A DNA stretch of 64,000 nucleotides from Promethearchaeota archaeon (GTDB taxonomy: Archaea; Asgardarchaeota; Thorarchaeia; Thorarchaeales; Thorarchaeaceae): positions 32,001 through 96,000 of the forward strand of contig WJMJ01000123.1 in assembly GCA_014728035.1 (NCBI GenBank), in the 5' to 3' direction. Of this stretch, positions 1 through 9,341 are shown piece after piece. Both the position numbers and the translations under genes were made by a program. Within the stretch, counting starts at the first letter, position 1. Every line of letters starts with the position of its first letter. Below the pieces are notes generated by a model. It was not told the origin of the DNA and searched no databases. It was given only the letters and a program-made list of their open reading frames with translations.

Positions 1-1433
1 TCATGTACGAATGCACCCGCAGCCATGGGATGGCCTCCTGCTTCTGCAACCTTTTCTTCTGCACTCTCATTTACCAATGTAGATGCTGTCGAAAACACTT
101 CTTTGAGATTGAGACCACGTTTAACAAGACTCTTTTTCGCTCGGCCTGATATTTTCACTCGTGGGCCGTCATCAGAAGTGTTTGTACTAACTCCGATTAC
201 TGGTTTATCTACTGGTATAATTCGAGAACCTTGTGCCATACCAATGATGATACCAATAATTGTATCAGGAGTTTCTGGATCGTTCACTATATACATACTC
301 TCAGTTTCATCATATCCATCAGTTTCAAGTCTACGTAAAGCACTAGCCAGGTTTGCTCTATGTTGTTGGAGTAGAGTTATTCCTTCTCTAAGTGCGTCAA
401 CATCCCCGAGACAGATTTTCACTCCAACGTCTGCTCTTCTATTTCTCCCACATGCATTCAGAAGTGTGGAAAATTCCTTAGCGCTTCTCATTTCTGTTCT
501 TTCGGGTCTTCTTGGAAGTGTGATAATATTTCCCACAATACCCGAGGCGATTCTTGGATTTTCATAGAATTGTAAAATATGACTGACTAAAGCTTGGATA
601 ATTTGTTGTTTCTCTTCTTGACATAAATCCATCCAAATTCTCCATCTATCCAAGTCATCTTTCAATGGTATAGAAAGGTCATTATAGAATTTATAACACG
701 CATCTCGGTCACCTGTGATTCCTGGTAAATATGGGTCAGTTGCATACTCCAGTAGCTGAGGTAGAGGGCGTGTGTTAATCCCAAAAAAGGTAAGATCTTT
801 ATCTACTCTGATGAATCCACTATATTCCCCAATTTTGATGATTTCCTCATTTACTCCGACGAATCCTTTTCCATAGTATGCTTGAAGGTCTCCAGATGCA
901 CCTACAATGGCTAATTCTGAAAGATCCGCATTTTCCGTGGATAAACTATATGCTAAAAGGAAAGAAACTCCTGCTCCAGATACATCATAGCTACCACTCA
1001 AATCATGATTGGATGGGTTGATTTCAAGAATTTTGTTAGACTTAAAAGGGCCTTTCGTCAAGCTTGGATTTTTGGGGGGTAAATGATGGTCTAGAATTAT
1101 TATGTGTCTGATATATGGTTCATTTTCCAAGTATTCTTTGATCAGCTGAATCTGCCCAGTTCCTAAGTCACTGAAAATCATAAGGTCTGGTTTATGTTCT
1201 CTTGCCAAGTCTCTGACTTCAAAAATCGTATCAGAATTAAGCTGATGGATGTTTTGCCATGTGGGTGAATGACCCGCTCTCTCAAGCAGAAAAACCACAA
1301 TTGCCATAGCTGTTATTCCATCAGCATCAATATGTGAAATTGCCATTGGCTTTTTGCTAGTTTTAATAATCTCTACAGCTTTGTTCAGGGCTTCTTTCAT
1401 ACTATCTGGAATAGAGTCCAAGCTAATTTCCAT
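1..1433 (-). CDS. RecJ/GAN (archaeal Cdc45-like) DHH-family phosphoesterase/exonuclease, 3' end runs off the window
   Basis: Not in the ORF track. Manual translation from ATG at 1433 gives MEISLDSIPDSMKEALNKAVEIIKTSKKPMAISHIDADGITA... with FSDLG, ILDHH (DHH), the archaeal RecJ-type insertion NTRPLPQLLEYATDPYLPGITG and a C-terminal DHHA1 GGHPMAAG motif. Confidence 0.9.
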   Translation of the reverse strand, partial: MEISLDSIPDSMKEALNKAVEIIKTSKKPMAISHIDADGITAMAIVVFLLERAGHSPTWQNIHQLNSDTIFEVRDLAREHKPDLMIFSDLGTGQIQLIKEYLENEPYIRHIIILDHHLPPKNPSLTKGPFKSNKILEINPSNHDLSGSYDVSGAGVSFLLAYSLSTENADLSELAIVGASGDLQAYYGKGFVGVNEEIIKIGEYSGFIRVDKDLTFFGINTRPLPQLLEYATDPYLPGITGDRDACYKFYNDLSIPLKDDLDRWRIWMDLCQEEKQQIIQALVSHILQFYENPRIASGIVGNIITLPRRPERTEMRSAKEFSTLLNACGRNRRADVGVKICLGDVDALREGITLLQQHRANLASALRRLETDGYDETESMYIVNDPETPDTIIGIIIGMAQGSRIIPVDKPVIGVSTNTSDDGPRVKISGRAKKSLVKRGLNLKEVFSTASTLVNESAEEKVAEAGGHPMAAGAFVH

Positions 1434-1592
1434 ATTCAAGCACAAGTAGTTACCTGATTGTATGGAATATAAAATGAGTCCTCGTTCTTAATGAGTATTG
1501 TTTTGATCTCCAGCTAGTGCAAATCTAGATATTGCCAGAAAGTGAACAATACACCATTTCATTGTTCTTCTGTTATAATCACTCAAAGATGT

Positions 1593-1633
1593 GGAATGAA
1601 ATCTTGTAGTTCAGACCACAAGAAATCATTTCC
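1593..1633 (-). terminator. Imperfect hairpin directly downstream of the 1640-2164 gene
   Basis: On the minus strand: GGAAATGA-TT-TCTTGTGG/loop/CTACAAGA-TT-TCATTCC, starting 6 nt after the stop codon. No clear U-tract. Confidence 0.35.
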
Positions 1634-1639
1634 GATAAA

Positions 1640-2164
1640 CTAGCGTAGTTTGCCTACTTCTTTGTGCCACTCTTTGAGGTCATCTCTTAGCTTTCTCAAG
1701 TCAGTTGGACTAATCGTATCAACTCGACCATATGTCTTGAGAATTCTACCCCATCTGTTCATTTTTAGAACTAGTTGACCAGTACCACCTCTTTGTTCGA
1801 TGGTATCTGCTGCTTCACTAATCTTAACAGCGAGATCACTAGCAATTACTCCCTCTCGAATTTGTGATTCTAGATTTTCAAGTACTGCTTGTAGTGAAGA
1901 TACAGCTCTTTTGTCAGCGAGACCTCCACCAGGTGTAGTTGATCCCGTGGGAGCTGCGACTGAGAGATTAGAAATCTTCTTCATTACCTCATCGATCTTT
2001 TCACCGTTTGCAGCAACTGCTAATGCTAAATCAGAAGTAGCGGTTTCGACTTCTGTAATTTTTGCAATTATCTCGATCATTCGATTGAGTAGGTCGGTCA
2101 TTCTATCGATTGAACCTTTTATTTCTGTAAGCTTTGCCCGCAGATAGGTGTCTTCTTCTGTCAT
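1640..2164 (-). CDS. Hypothetical protein: N-terminal coiled coil with SNARE-motif-like heptads, P/G/T linker and helical C-terminal domain
   Basis: 174-aa ORF with an AAGGGGA purine-rich RBS upstream. Heptad periodicity at aa 8-71; linker APTGSTTPGGG. Confidence 0.75.
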   Translation of the reverse strand: MTEEDTYLRAKLTEIKGSIDRMTDLLNRMIEIIAKITEVETATSDLALAVAANGEKIDEVMKKISNLSVAAPTGSTTPGGGLADKRAVSSLQAVLENLESQIREGVIASDLAVKISEAADTIEQRGGTGQLVLKMNRWGRILKTYGRVDTISPTDLRKLRDDLKEWHKEVGKLR

Positions 2165-2357
2165 TATTATCCCCTTAGTTCACGCAGGCTTGTTTGCCTT
2201 GTGGATATAATATGAGCTGTTATTGCTTCTGCAAAATTAACCTTTCTGTGTCATGCTTATTGTACTCATTTTTGATTAAGGTCACATCCTAAAGCTATTA
2301 TATTCTGTATCTCAACAATTAATCGGGAGAGAAGCCATAGAGAGAGGAAAAAATCAC

Positions 2358-2705
2358 ATGTATTGCATTAACTTTCAAGAACGGGATGAGCAGGAGGTCA
2401 ATTTTCCGGGTGCAAAAAATGTAACCGTGAGATGGCTTGTCGGACGTCGGTCTGGTGCAAAAACCTATGCCATGCGGATGTTCACTATATCCCCTGGTGG
2501 CATTATCCCAATTCATACCCATCCTGAAGAGCATGAAATTTTCGTCTTGGAAGGCAGTGCAAAATTACTTGGTGATTTTGAAGGACCTGCCAAAAAAGAT
2601 GATGTCATATTCGTACCTTCAGAGGCATCACATGGGTATGATAATACAGAAGGAACAGAATCTTTTCGGTTTATTTGTGTTATTCCACTACTTAATAACG
2701 ACTAG
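2358..2705 (+). CDS. Cupin-domain protein
   Basis: Cupin motif 1 PGGIIPIHTHPEEHEIFVLEG and motif 2 DVIFVPSEASHGYDN. Confidence 0.9.
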   Translation: MYCINFQERDEQEVNFPGAKNVTVRWLVGRRSGAKTYAMRMFTISPGGIIPIHTHPEEHEIFVLEGSAKLLGDFEGPAKKDDVIFVPSEASHGYDNTEGTESFRFICVIPLLNND

Positions 2706-2740
2706 TCAATTTCATATATCATGAGCTGATTAGACCTACT

Positions 2741-3556
2741 ATGGCAGACTATTCTCTAGAAGATAAGACTCTCTGGCTGTTTGATGTCGACAATACTCTA
2801 ATTCTTGATGTTGACCATCCTACAGTGTTTTCTGATGCTCTAAATCTTTGGAACCGATTGCTAGAACTTGAAAAAACAAACGCAATACTGACCAATGTAG
2901 GAAGACTCTCTTCGAGACAGATCTATAATGCGGTTAGTGGTGCAGGCTATTCAGTAGATTTGGACAAAACATTCAGTGCAGGAGCAGCTGCAGCTGCCTA
3001 TATTGCGAATCAGCAAACTGGAGCTCGTTGTTTTGTTATTGGTGAAGGAGGAGCACAGGAAGACTTTATCGTCAAGGGATTAGATGTGACGAATAATCCT
3101 CCAGTAGATTTTGTAGCTATTGGTGCTGATCGAGGAATGACCTTTGCAGAATTGAACTTTGCAACCAAGATGGTCAAAGATGGTGCGGGTCTGATATGTA
3201 TCAGTGGAAGTCGCGACTATCCGGGAATCTATCTAGGATCTGAGGATGTCTATATTGGAGAGCGTTCTATTGTTGCAGCGATTGAGGATGCCACTGGGGT
3301 TGAGGCTGTTATTGTCGGGAAACCCCTCCCCGAAATATTTCATGCAACAGTGGAACTACTAGGTTTCTCAATAACAGATTCTGTGATGGTTGGAGATAAT
3401 CCCCAATCAGACATTGCTGGAGGTCGTGCTGCAGGAATGATGACTATTCTCGTTGACCGAGGAAAAGAAAACATTGTTCCCTTCGATTCGGGAGACCTAG
3501 ATAAAACACCTCATATGCATGTGAAGTCTCTAGATGAGATTGTCAAGCTTTTTTAG
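2741..3556 (+). CDS. HAD-IIA (NagD-like) hydrolase
   Basis: Motif I FDVDNTL, LTN, VGKP and motif IV MVGDNPQSDIAGG. Confidence 0.9.
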   Translation: MADYSLEDKTLWLFDVDNTLILDVDHPTVFSDALNLWNRLLELEKTNAILTNVGRLSSRQIYNAVSGAGYSVDLDKTFSAGAAAAAYIANQQTGARCFVIGEGGAQEDFIVKGLDVTNNPPVDFVAIGADRGMTFAELNFATKMVKDGAGLICISGSRDYPGIYLGSEDVYIGERSIVAAIEDATGVEAVIVGKPLPEIFHATVELLGFSITDSVMVGDNPQSDIAGGRAAGMMTILVDRGKENIVPFDSGDLDKTPHMHVKSLDEIVKLF

Positions 3557-3600
3557 ACTATCCTCTCTAATGAAGTAATTATCGCGTTGGTGGAGTAACT

Positions 3601-4506
3601 ATGCCGCAAGTCACCATTGAATACACCGTTTCGGGAAACCATGAAACACGTGAGGTTGATTGTAGTTCAAAGGAAATACGGTTGCATCTTATGCAGGCTG
3701 AAAGTGTGAATCTCTCAGATATATCACGATGTACAGAATTAACCAAGTTTCTTCTCAATAACACACATGCCGAAGAGATTGATTTCTCACCTCTATCGCA
3801 GTGTCATGAGTTAGAATCGATTCATCTTGATAATAATCAGTTTCGTAGTATTGATCTCTCCTTTCTGGAGAGTTGTCCTAAATTACGTTCTCTCTATCTT
3901 CAGAATGCTTTGCTTAAAACCATCGACTTGACTCCACTATCCACTTGTGATAGATTGGAGGTTCTTACTCTCCATTGTGATGCTCTCCAATCTCTCGATC
4001 TAAGTCCTCTTCAAAATTGTAGATCCCTGAAACACTTGTATATCTTTAGTGATGTTATGACCAAGGTCAACCTGAATCCTCTCTCTGTTAGTATTGAATT
4101 AGAATCCCTAACACTGATGGGTTCCGAGCTTCAGGATTTTACTCTTGAATTCCTTAGTCTGTGCCCCAAGATGAAGGAGTTGGCAATCATCAATGCCCCT
4201 ATCACCTTTCTTGATCTAGCTGATTTGAAGACCTGCAGGGAACTGGAACGAATCTGGATACAGGGTACAGAGATTTACGAGATAGACCTCACACTCCTTT
4301 CTCAATCAAGTCAAACGATGAGGGGTATTTGGTTGAACGGTAACGAGCTAAAGCGTGTGGATATTTCCTCACTCTTTTCATGTCCAAATCTTGAGATCAT
4401 CGAATTGGATGAGGACACTATTCCTATTGCTCCACATCATCTTGGTGGAACTAGTATTTTATCAAAGGGAATTCAAGAGATACTTGACAGAATCGAGTGG
4501 TACTGA
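3601..4506 (+). CDS. Leucine-rich repeat protein
   Basis: About 11 repeats of roughly 22 aa, LxxLxLxxNxxxxIDLxPLxxC. Confidence 0.9.
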   Translation: MPQVTIEYTVSGNHETREVDCSSKEIRLHLMQAESVNLSDISRCTELTKFLLNNTHAEEIDFSPLSQCHELESIHLDNNQFRSIDLSFLESCPKLRSLYLQNALLKTIDLTPLSTCDRLEVLTLHCDALQSLDLSPLQNCRSLKHLYIFSDVMTKVNLNPLSVSIELESLTLMGSELQDFTLEFLSLCPKMKELAIINAPITFLDLADLKTCRELERIWIQGTEIYEIDLTLLSQSSQTMRGIWLNGNELKRVDISSLFSCPNLEIIELDEDTIPIAPHHLGGTSILSKGIQEILDRIEWY

Positions 4507-4539
4507 TTTGACGGATTTTCACATCGGAGTGACGAAACA

Positions 4540-5220
4540 ATGGACAATCCTTCTATCATCTTTGATGTCGAATATGCGCCTTTGAGCATCGGGGTTCTTG
4601 CTCTGGATGCTGTTTCCGTGTCTAAATCAACATCTGAGTTCGAAGTCTATGAACAACAGGTATTCCAAGAGATACGAAATCGAACCACTCTAGATGAACT
4701 CCGTGATGATGAAATATTTCGGTCTTACAGAGACCTCTATTGGACTCATGGTATGGATCCTACGAAACTTCGAGTTTCCAGCGAGGCTTTGGTCCGTCGT
4801 ATTGTAAATGGTCACAATCTCTGGCGAGTATCCAATCTTGTAGATACTGCTAATCTTGCATCAGCATACCATTCTCTTCCCGTTGGGCTCATTGATACTA
4901 GCTCTCTTTCTGGAGACCTACAGGTACGAATAGCTAGAAAAGATGAAGTATTCGAACGTATTGGTGGGAAGAAGATTACGTGTCGAGGACGGGAGATTGT
5001 TCTTGCTGATGATGAGAAGATAGTATGTTTTGGTTTTGCCACTCATGACTCTCATCCAACAAGAGTCACTATGGATAGTACTAATGTTCTGTTGTTGATC
5101 TATGGCGCGCCTCTTGTATCAAGGGAGCAGATGAACTCAGCTATGAAAATCACTCAAGATATGATCAATAAATGGATAGACTGTACTATTTCTTCATCCG
5201 ACGTATTCACGACAGAATAA
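4540..5220 (+). CDS. B3/B4 tRNA-binding/editing domain protein (PheRS beta-related)
   Basis: YRDLYWTHGMDPTKLRVSSEALVRR, NLVDTANLAS and EIVLADD motifs typical of stand-alone B3/4 proteins. Confidence 0.88.
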   Translation: MDNPSIIFDVEYAPLSIGVLALDAVSVSKSTSEFEVYEQQVFQEIRNRTTLDELRDDEIFRSYRDLYWTHGMDPTKLRVSSEALVRRIVNGHNLWRVSNLVDTANLASAYHSLPVGLIDTSSLSGDLQVRIARKDEVFERIGGKKITCRGREIVLADDEKIVCFGFATHDSHPTRVTMDSTNVLLLIYGAPLVSREQMNSAMKITQDMINKWIDCTISSSDVFTTE

Positions 5221-5260
5221 AAGGGAGAGTAGTGCCCGTTTAGTACGAGCACATGCTTTC

Positions 5261-7219
5261 TTAGAATTCCAGGAATGGTTCGCCCAGCGCTATCCTTTCA
5301 AGGAAGGAGTTCTTCTTTGCTGTCTTGACCAGCTGTTCGAAACGTTTCTTGAGGCGTTTCTCGTCCACATATTCAGGTTCTTTGATTCCCATGCTTTTGA
5401 TAACCTCTACAAGAACATGCTCGAAATCGTAGACGATATACATTCTCTTTTTGCCCTTTTTATCCTCTTGCTTCTCCTTTCTAGCTAGCCCTTGTTTGAG
5501 AGCTTCTCTGGTTTCTTTTAGGTAGAAGGACATTGCTTTTTCATAGATGAACTTTCCACGTTTCACCAGTTCTTTGAGGAAGGGTAATCCAAAGGTTGTG
5601 TTTGCAATCTTCTCGATTCTCGCAATAAACGCATTGATGAGATCGTCATATGAGAGTTCACCTGCTCTTCCTTTAGTTTCGAAGACCTTTTCCTCATCCT
5701 TTGCCTTGGCAAACTTAGCCTTTTTAGCTGCAAGTTCCTTCTCTCTGGCCTTTCGTTCAGCTTCTTCCTTCTTTCGTTTCTCTTCCTCTTTTTTGCGACG
5801 TTCTTCCTCCTTCTTCTTTGCCTCCGCCGCTTTTCGTCTTTCTTCAGCTCGTTTCTTCTTAGCCTCTTCTTCTTTCTTCTCCCGTTTGAGTCGTTCTTTC
5901 TCCATCTCTTTAAGCAGTTTTTCCTGCTCCTTTCTCAGGTTCTTCATGTGTTTCTGAACGTCTTTCTCAGTAAGAGTGATATGATTCGTGAGAAGCCATC
6001 GTACACCAATATGGTTCACTTTTGGCTTGAGATCCGCTGATGAGAAGATGAAACTCGCCGTCTGTTGTCCTGGTAACATATCAATGATCTCTTCAGATTC
6101 CTTCTCACCGGCAATTGGTTCTAGGATTCGTTCTAAAACCTTCAATGATTGGTCTGAGCTGATTCTACCCGATGCAATAGTGTTGAATTGTTCAAAGGCC
6201 TTGTAGTCAATGTCTTTCGGACTCTGAGTTGCAATAAGACATTCAACTCCATATTTTCGAGCTTGTCTAAAGAGAAGTAGGAATGTTTCTTTAGGGCCTG
6301 GAGCTTTCATACCTGCTGGGATAAATGGTGCAGCTTCATCTTGGAAGAGTATCATCCTTGGATCTTCTTGGTATCCCTGTTTCAGCATCCATGAATAGAG
6401 TTGGTTCAAGACAATCGAAATGAAGAAATGCTTCTCTTCTTCGCTTCGAAGGGTCTTTAGAAAGATGACATTGATAGGAGTCTTTCCGTGAACCGGTTGT
6501 GTTAACTCATCAAAATCAATCTGCCCTTCTTCTTTGAAAAGTAGTTGTGATGAACCAACAGTGAGGGTTCGAATCCTGGTTGCTAAAGTTTGACGTTCAG
6601 ATTCCTTCATGAATGGCTCTAAATCTACACCTATCTCTTCTACGGGTGCAACGAGCATATTTGCAAGGTCTCCAAGACCACCAAGATCTTGTTCATTTTC
6701 CCATATGTTTCTGAGAAGCTCATAGATTACCGCAAACGATTTTGCTTCCCATGAACGAGAGAGACCACCTACTTTCATGAGTACTTTTGTCAGTGTACGT
6801 GCAGAATTATCCATCAATCTTACAATATCATCTGCGTCTGCATTCTTATCTGGCAATTTTAGTGGATTGATTGAGATTGCTAATCCTTTGCTACTTGCTG
6901 GGGTATATACTCGTACCACAACTTTATCCATATATTCCTTGAGTCTTTCTGGAGGAACTCCTTTCTCTTTCAGTTCTTTGGGGTCTCCAGGTAGCATTAA
7001 TGAAGCAATATCTCCTTGAGGGTCAAATGCAATAATTGGAATTCCCTTTAGTGCTGCTTCTTCTAGAATCACCTTACTTAGTACCGTCTTACCCGACCCC
7101 GTCGATCCAAATACGCCTCCATGACGTCTGAGTAGGTCTTGACTAATCTCGAATTTTTTGTCAGTTCGCTTACCTTTATCATCTAAATGGAAACCGAGCC
7201 AGAGCTTTTCATCAGCCAT
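5261..7219 (-). CDS. HerA/FtsK-superfamily ATPase (DUF853/DUF87-like) with long E/K/R-rich helix and C-terminal domain
   Basis: Walker A GSTGSGKT, DPQGD, Walker B LFQDEA, and RQARKYG...ATQSPKD. Residues about 425-510 are almost only E/K/R/A. Confidence 0.88.
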   Translation of the reverse strand: MADEKLWLGFHLDDKGKRTDKKFEISQDLLRRHGGVFGSTGSGKTVLSKVILEEAALKGIPIIAFDPQGDIASLMLPGDPKELKEKGVPPERLKEYMDKVVVRVYTPASSKGLAISINPLKLPDKNADADDIVRLMDNSARTLTKVLMKVGGLSRSWEAKSFAVIYELLRNIWENEQDLGGLGDLANMLVAPVEEIGVDLEPFMKESERQTLATRIRTLTVGSSQLLFKEEGQIDFDELTQPVHGKTPINVIFLKTLRSEEEKHFFISIVLNQLYSWMLKQGYQEDPRMILFQDEAAPFIPAGMKAPGPKETFLLLFRQARKYGVECLIATQSPKDIDYKAFEQFNTIASGRISSDQSLKVLERILEPIAGEKESEEIIDMLPGQQTASFIFSSADLKPKVNHIGVRWLLTNHITLTEKDVQKHMKNLRKEQEKLLKEMEKERLKREKKEEEAKKKRAEERRKAAEAKKKEEERRKKEEEKRKKEEAERKAREKELAAKKAKFAKAKDEEKVFETKGRAGELSYDDLINAFIARIEKIANTTFGLPFLKELVKRGKFIYEKAMSFYLKETREALKQGLARKEKQEDKKGKKRMYIVYDFEHVLVEVIKSMGIKEPEYVDEKRLKKRFEQLVKTAKKNSFLERIALGEPFLEF

Positions 7220-7309
7220 TTAATTATCCATCCTTTTTCTACGCGATAAATTATCAGTTGTCTGAAGATATCAAATACAGAGGTGTTTATGTTATTTGCC
7301 CTGATATTC

Positions 7310-7341
7310 AAAAAAGAAAGAAAAATCCCCCGAGGGGGATT
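7310..7341 (-). terminator. GC-rich hairpin plus U-tract terminator of the 7372-7986 gene
   Basis: AATCCCCC-GA-GGGGGATT inverted repeat followed on the minus strand by a long T-rich tract. Confidence 0.7.
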
Positions 7342-7371
7342 GATGGAACTGTTCCAACAATTAATCTAGTT

Positions 7372-7986
7372 TTACTCGCCTACTGGCTCGTATCTTCGAC
7401 CTAGGAATATGACAATCATCATTGTGATGACGACTGAAACAATTCCCATAATTCCTGCTGCAAGCTCGTATGAATAGCTCTCATAAATAATATCGAGTCC
7501 TAACTTCAGACCTGCAAGGACTGCTCCTAAGAGCAGAGAAACAAGCATGAATCGTGCTGTCATCTCCTTTACTTGACCTGTGTCGCCACCTTCCGTGATT
7601 GCTGCAGAGAAGAATACGAAGATGAACAGAAATACAAATGCAATCATCATCATTGATGCAATATTGTACATCCATTCTTGATAGAGTAATCCTTCGTCAA
7701 GGATACCAAACATTAGGAATGTACCTATTGTTGTCAGAAAGACAAACATGTTGGCGACTAGCTTATCTTCCGGATGTACAAAGCCAGTCATTTCAGTAAA
7801 CGTTGTAATTATGCTCATTATAATTACAATCGTTAAAATTCCAGCTGCACCAATCCATGTGTAAAATGGATAGGGTGTACCCGTTTCACCCAGGGCCTGA
7901 AGAAGGTACTTGAGTACCGCTGAAAACCCTAGAATTGCTAATCCTATTCCTGCGAGAATGTTGCTAATGGTAGTAAGTCTGACCAT
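7372..7986 (-). CDS. Hypothetical integral membrane protein (about 6 TM)
   Basis: Six hydrophobic segments; GGGGAGA RBS upstream. Confidence 0.8.
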   Translation of the reverse strand: MVRLTTISNILAGIGLAILGFSAVLKYLLQALGETGTPYPFYTWIGAAGILTIVIIMSIITTFTEMTGFVHPEDKLVANMFVFLTTIGTFLMFGILDEGLLYQEWMYNIASMMMIAFVFLFIFVFFSAAITEGGDTGQVKEMTARFMLVSLLLGAVLAGLKLGLDIIYESYSYELAAGIMGIVSVVITMMIVIFLGRRYEPVGE

Positions 7987-8147
7987 GGTTGTATCTCCCC
8001 GTGTAATGGGATACTACTAATGGAGAGTTTATTGTTTCTATTAACTGTTATTACTGAATAGTTTCGATTTCAAGGTTATCCACTATTTTTCCGAAACAGT
8101 CATTTACATCTACAAATAACAAAAAACAACTTAGTTAGAATGGAAGG

Positions 8148-9284
8148 ATGGATATGAATCGCACGCCATATTTCATAATAGTACTTACAGTAGCATTATT
8201 GTTATCTGTAAGCTTATCTAATGCAGTGAAACCAAACTTGCAATCTGATAGCTCCCAGCTATCTGAATGGCCTGGAGGCCTCATTATTGATCATAATTGT
8301 ATAGACTTGGACAGCATTCCGTTGGAATGGATACAGGCAGCAAAGGACTCTGTGATTATTCATTATGCTCATACAAGTCACGGTAGCCAAATCAATACGG
8401 GTCTGAGCCGAATAGAGTCTATTAACTCGACATATGATACTAGTGTTGGAGTCTGTTCTCTTCCAGCAACGCTAGATTCACTCTGTATATTTGATGGACA
8501 GGATAATAATTCTGGAGACAACTACATCACTCCTGACGAGTACTGGGAATCCAATGCTGGGATTGATCTGACTCAAGGCACTTTGGATGAGAATCCCACA
8601 ATTAATGTATCATTGTGGTCCTGGTGTACACAATTGAATTATTACTCAGAAGGGCAAGTCGAAAATTATCTCGAAGTCATGAGTCACTTCGAAGATGCGA
8701 ATCCAGATGTGACCTTTGTGTATATGACTTGTAATGCTCAGGCTGGTGGTTCGGAGGGCTATAACCGATGGATAAACAATAACCTCATTCGTAATTATTG
8801 CATCCAAAATGATAAAATTCTCTTTGACTTTGCAGATCTTGATTCTTGGAGTGATGGAGAACAGAATACTTACCAATATGATGATGGAGAAAGTATTCAC
8901 ACCATTCCTATTGAGCATACTGATTTCAATGGCAATGAAGCTGGTCATACAACTTACTCTAGTTGTGAACAGAAAGGCAAAGCATTCTGGTGGTTAGTCG
9001 CAAGTATCGCTGGGTGGAACGCTCCTGATGTTACAACTACAACCACCACTGATACGAGTACAACTGAAACAACTACAACCACCACTGATACGAGTACAAC
9101 TATGCCACCATCAAGTGGAACCACATCGACAACAACAACTGCTACGACAACTTCTACCGCAGAAACTACAACAACGGTAAACTGGGATGATATACCTCTT
9201 AGAAATGAAGTATTCCTTGGAGCTGGATTGTTTTTGGCTGGGCTTGTTATATTGTCTGTTCTCTACGCACGACGAAATGGATAG
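8148..9284 (+). CDS. Secreted/cell-surface protein with Thr/Ser-rich linker and C-terminal membrane anchor
   Basis: N-terminal signal peptide, globular domain (YAHTSHGSQI, WSWC, LFDFADL), poly-Thr stalk, TM helix followed by RRNG. Confidence 0.85.
   Translation: MDMNRTPYFIIVLTVALLLSVSLSNAVKPNLQSDSSQLSEWPGGLIIDHNCIDLDSIPLEWIQAAKDSVIIHYAHTSHGSQINTGLSRIESINSTYDTSVGVCSLPATLDSLCIFDGQDNNSGDNYITPDEYWESNAGIDLTQGTLDENPTINVSLWSWCTQLNYYSEGQVENYLEVMSHFEDANPDVTFVYMTCNAQAGGSEGYNRWINNNLIRNYCIQNDKILFDFADLDSWSDGEQNTYQYDDGESIHTIPIEHTDFNGNEAGHTTYSSCEQKGKAFWWLVASIAGWNAPDVTTTTTTDTSTTETTTTTTDTSTTMPPSSGTTSTTTTATTTSTAETTTTVNWDDIPLRNEVFLGAGLFLAGLVILSVLYARRNG
9033..9101 (+). repeat. Exact 33-bp direct repeat (36-bp period) inside the Thr-rich linker
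   Basis: ACAACTACAACCACCACTGATACGAGTACAACT at 9033-9065 and 9069-9101, encoding TTTTTDTSTT twice. Confidence 0.9.
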
Positions 9285-9285
9285 C

Positions 9286-9333
9286 AAAGAAAAGAAAAAG
9301 ACGGCGGGAGCTCAAACCCCGCCTTATCTTTTT
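9286..9333. terminator. Bidirectional hairpin terminator between convergent genes
   Basis: A-tract, GGCGGG...CCCGCC stem, then T-tract, between the 8148-9284 (+) and 9342-10586 (-) genes. Confidence 0.65.
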
Positions 9334-9341
9334 GTTAGAAT

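Noticed and set aside
25-567. 180-aa plus-strand ORF
   Set aside because: Antisense shadow of the RecJ-like gene, which has clear DHH/DHHA1 motifs on the minus strand.
1593-1633. Hairpin containing ATGA, considered as a eukaryote-like SECIS element
   Set aside because: No matching 3' GA for the non-Watson-Crick quartet, and no in-frame TGA at a catalytic position in the adjacent genes.
5547-5957. Ser/Phe-rich 136-aa ORF
   Set aside because: Antisense reading of the E/K-rich helix of the HerA-like ATPase; a low-complexity artefact.
6566-6576. GGTTCGAATCC, a tRNA T-loop-like motif
   Set aside because: Lies inside the ATPase CDS; no 5-bp T-stem, acceptor stem or cloverleaf can be built.
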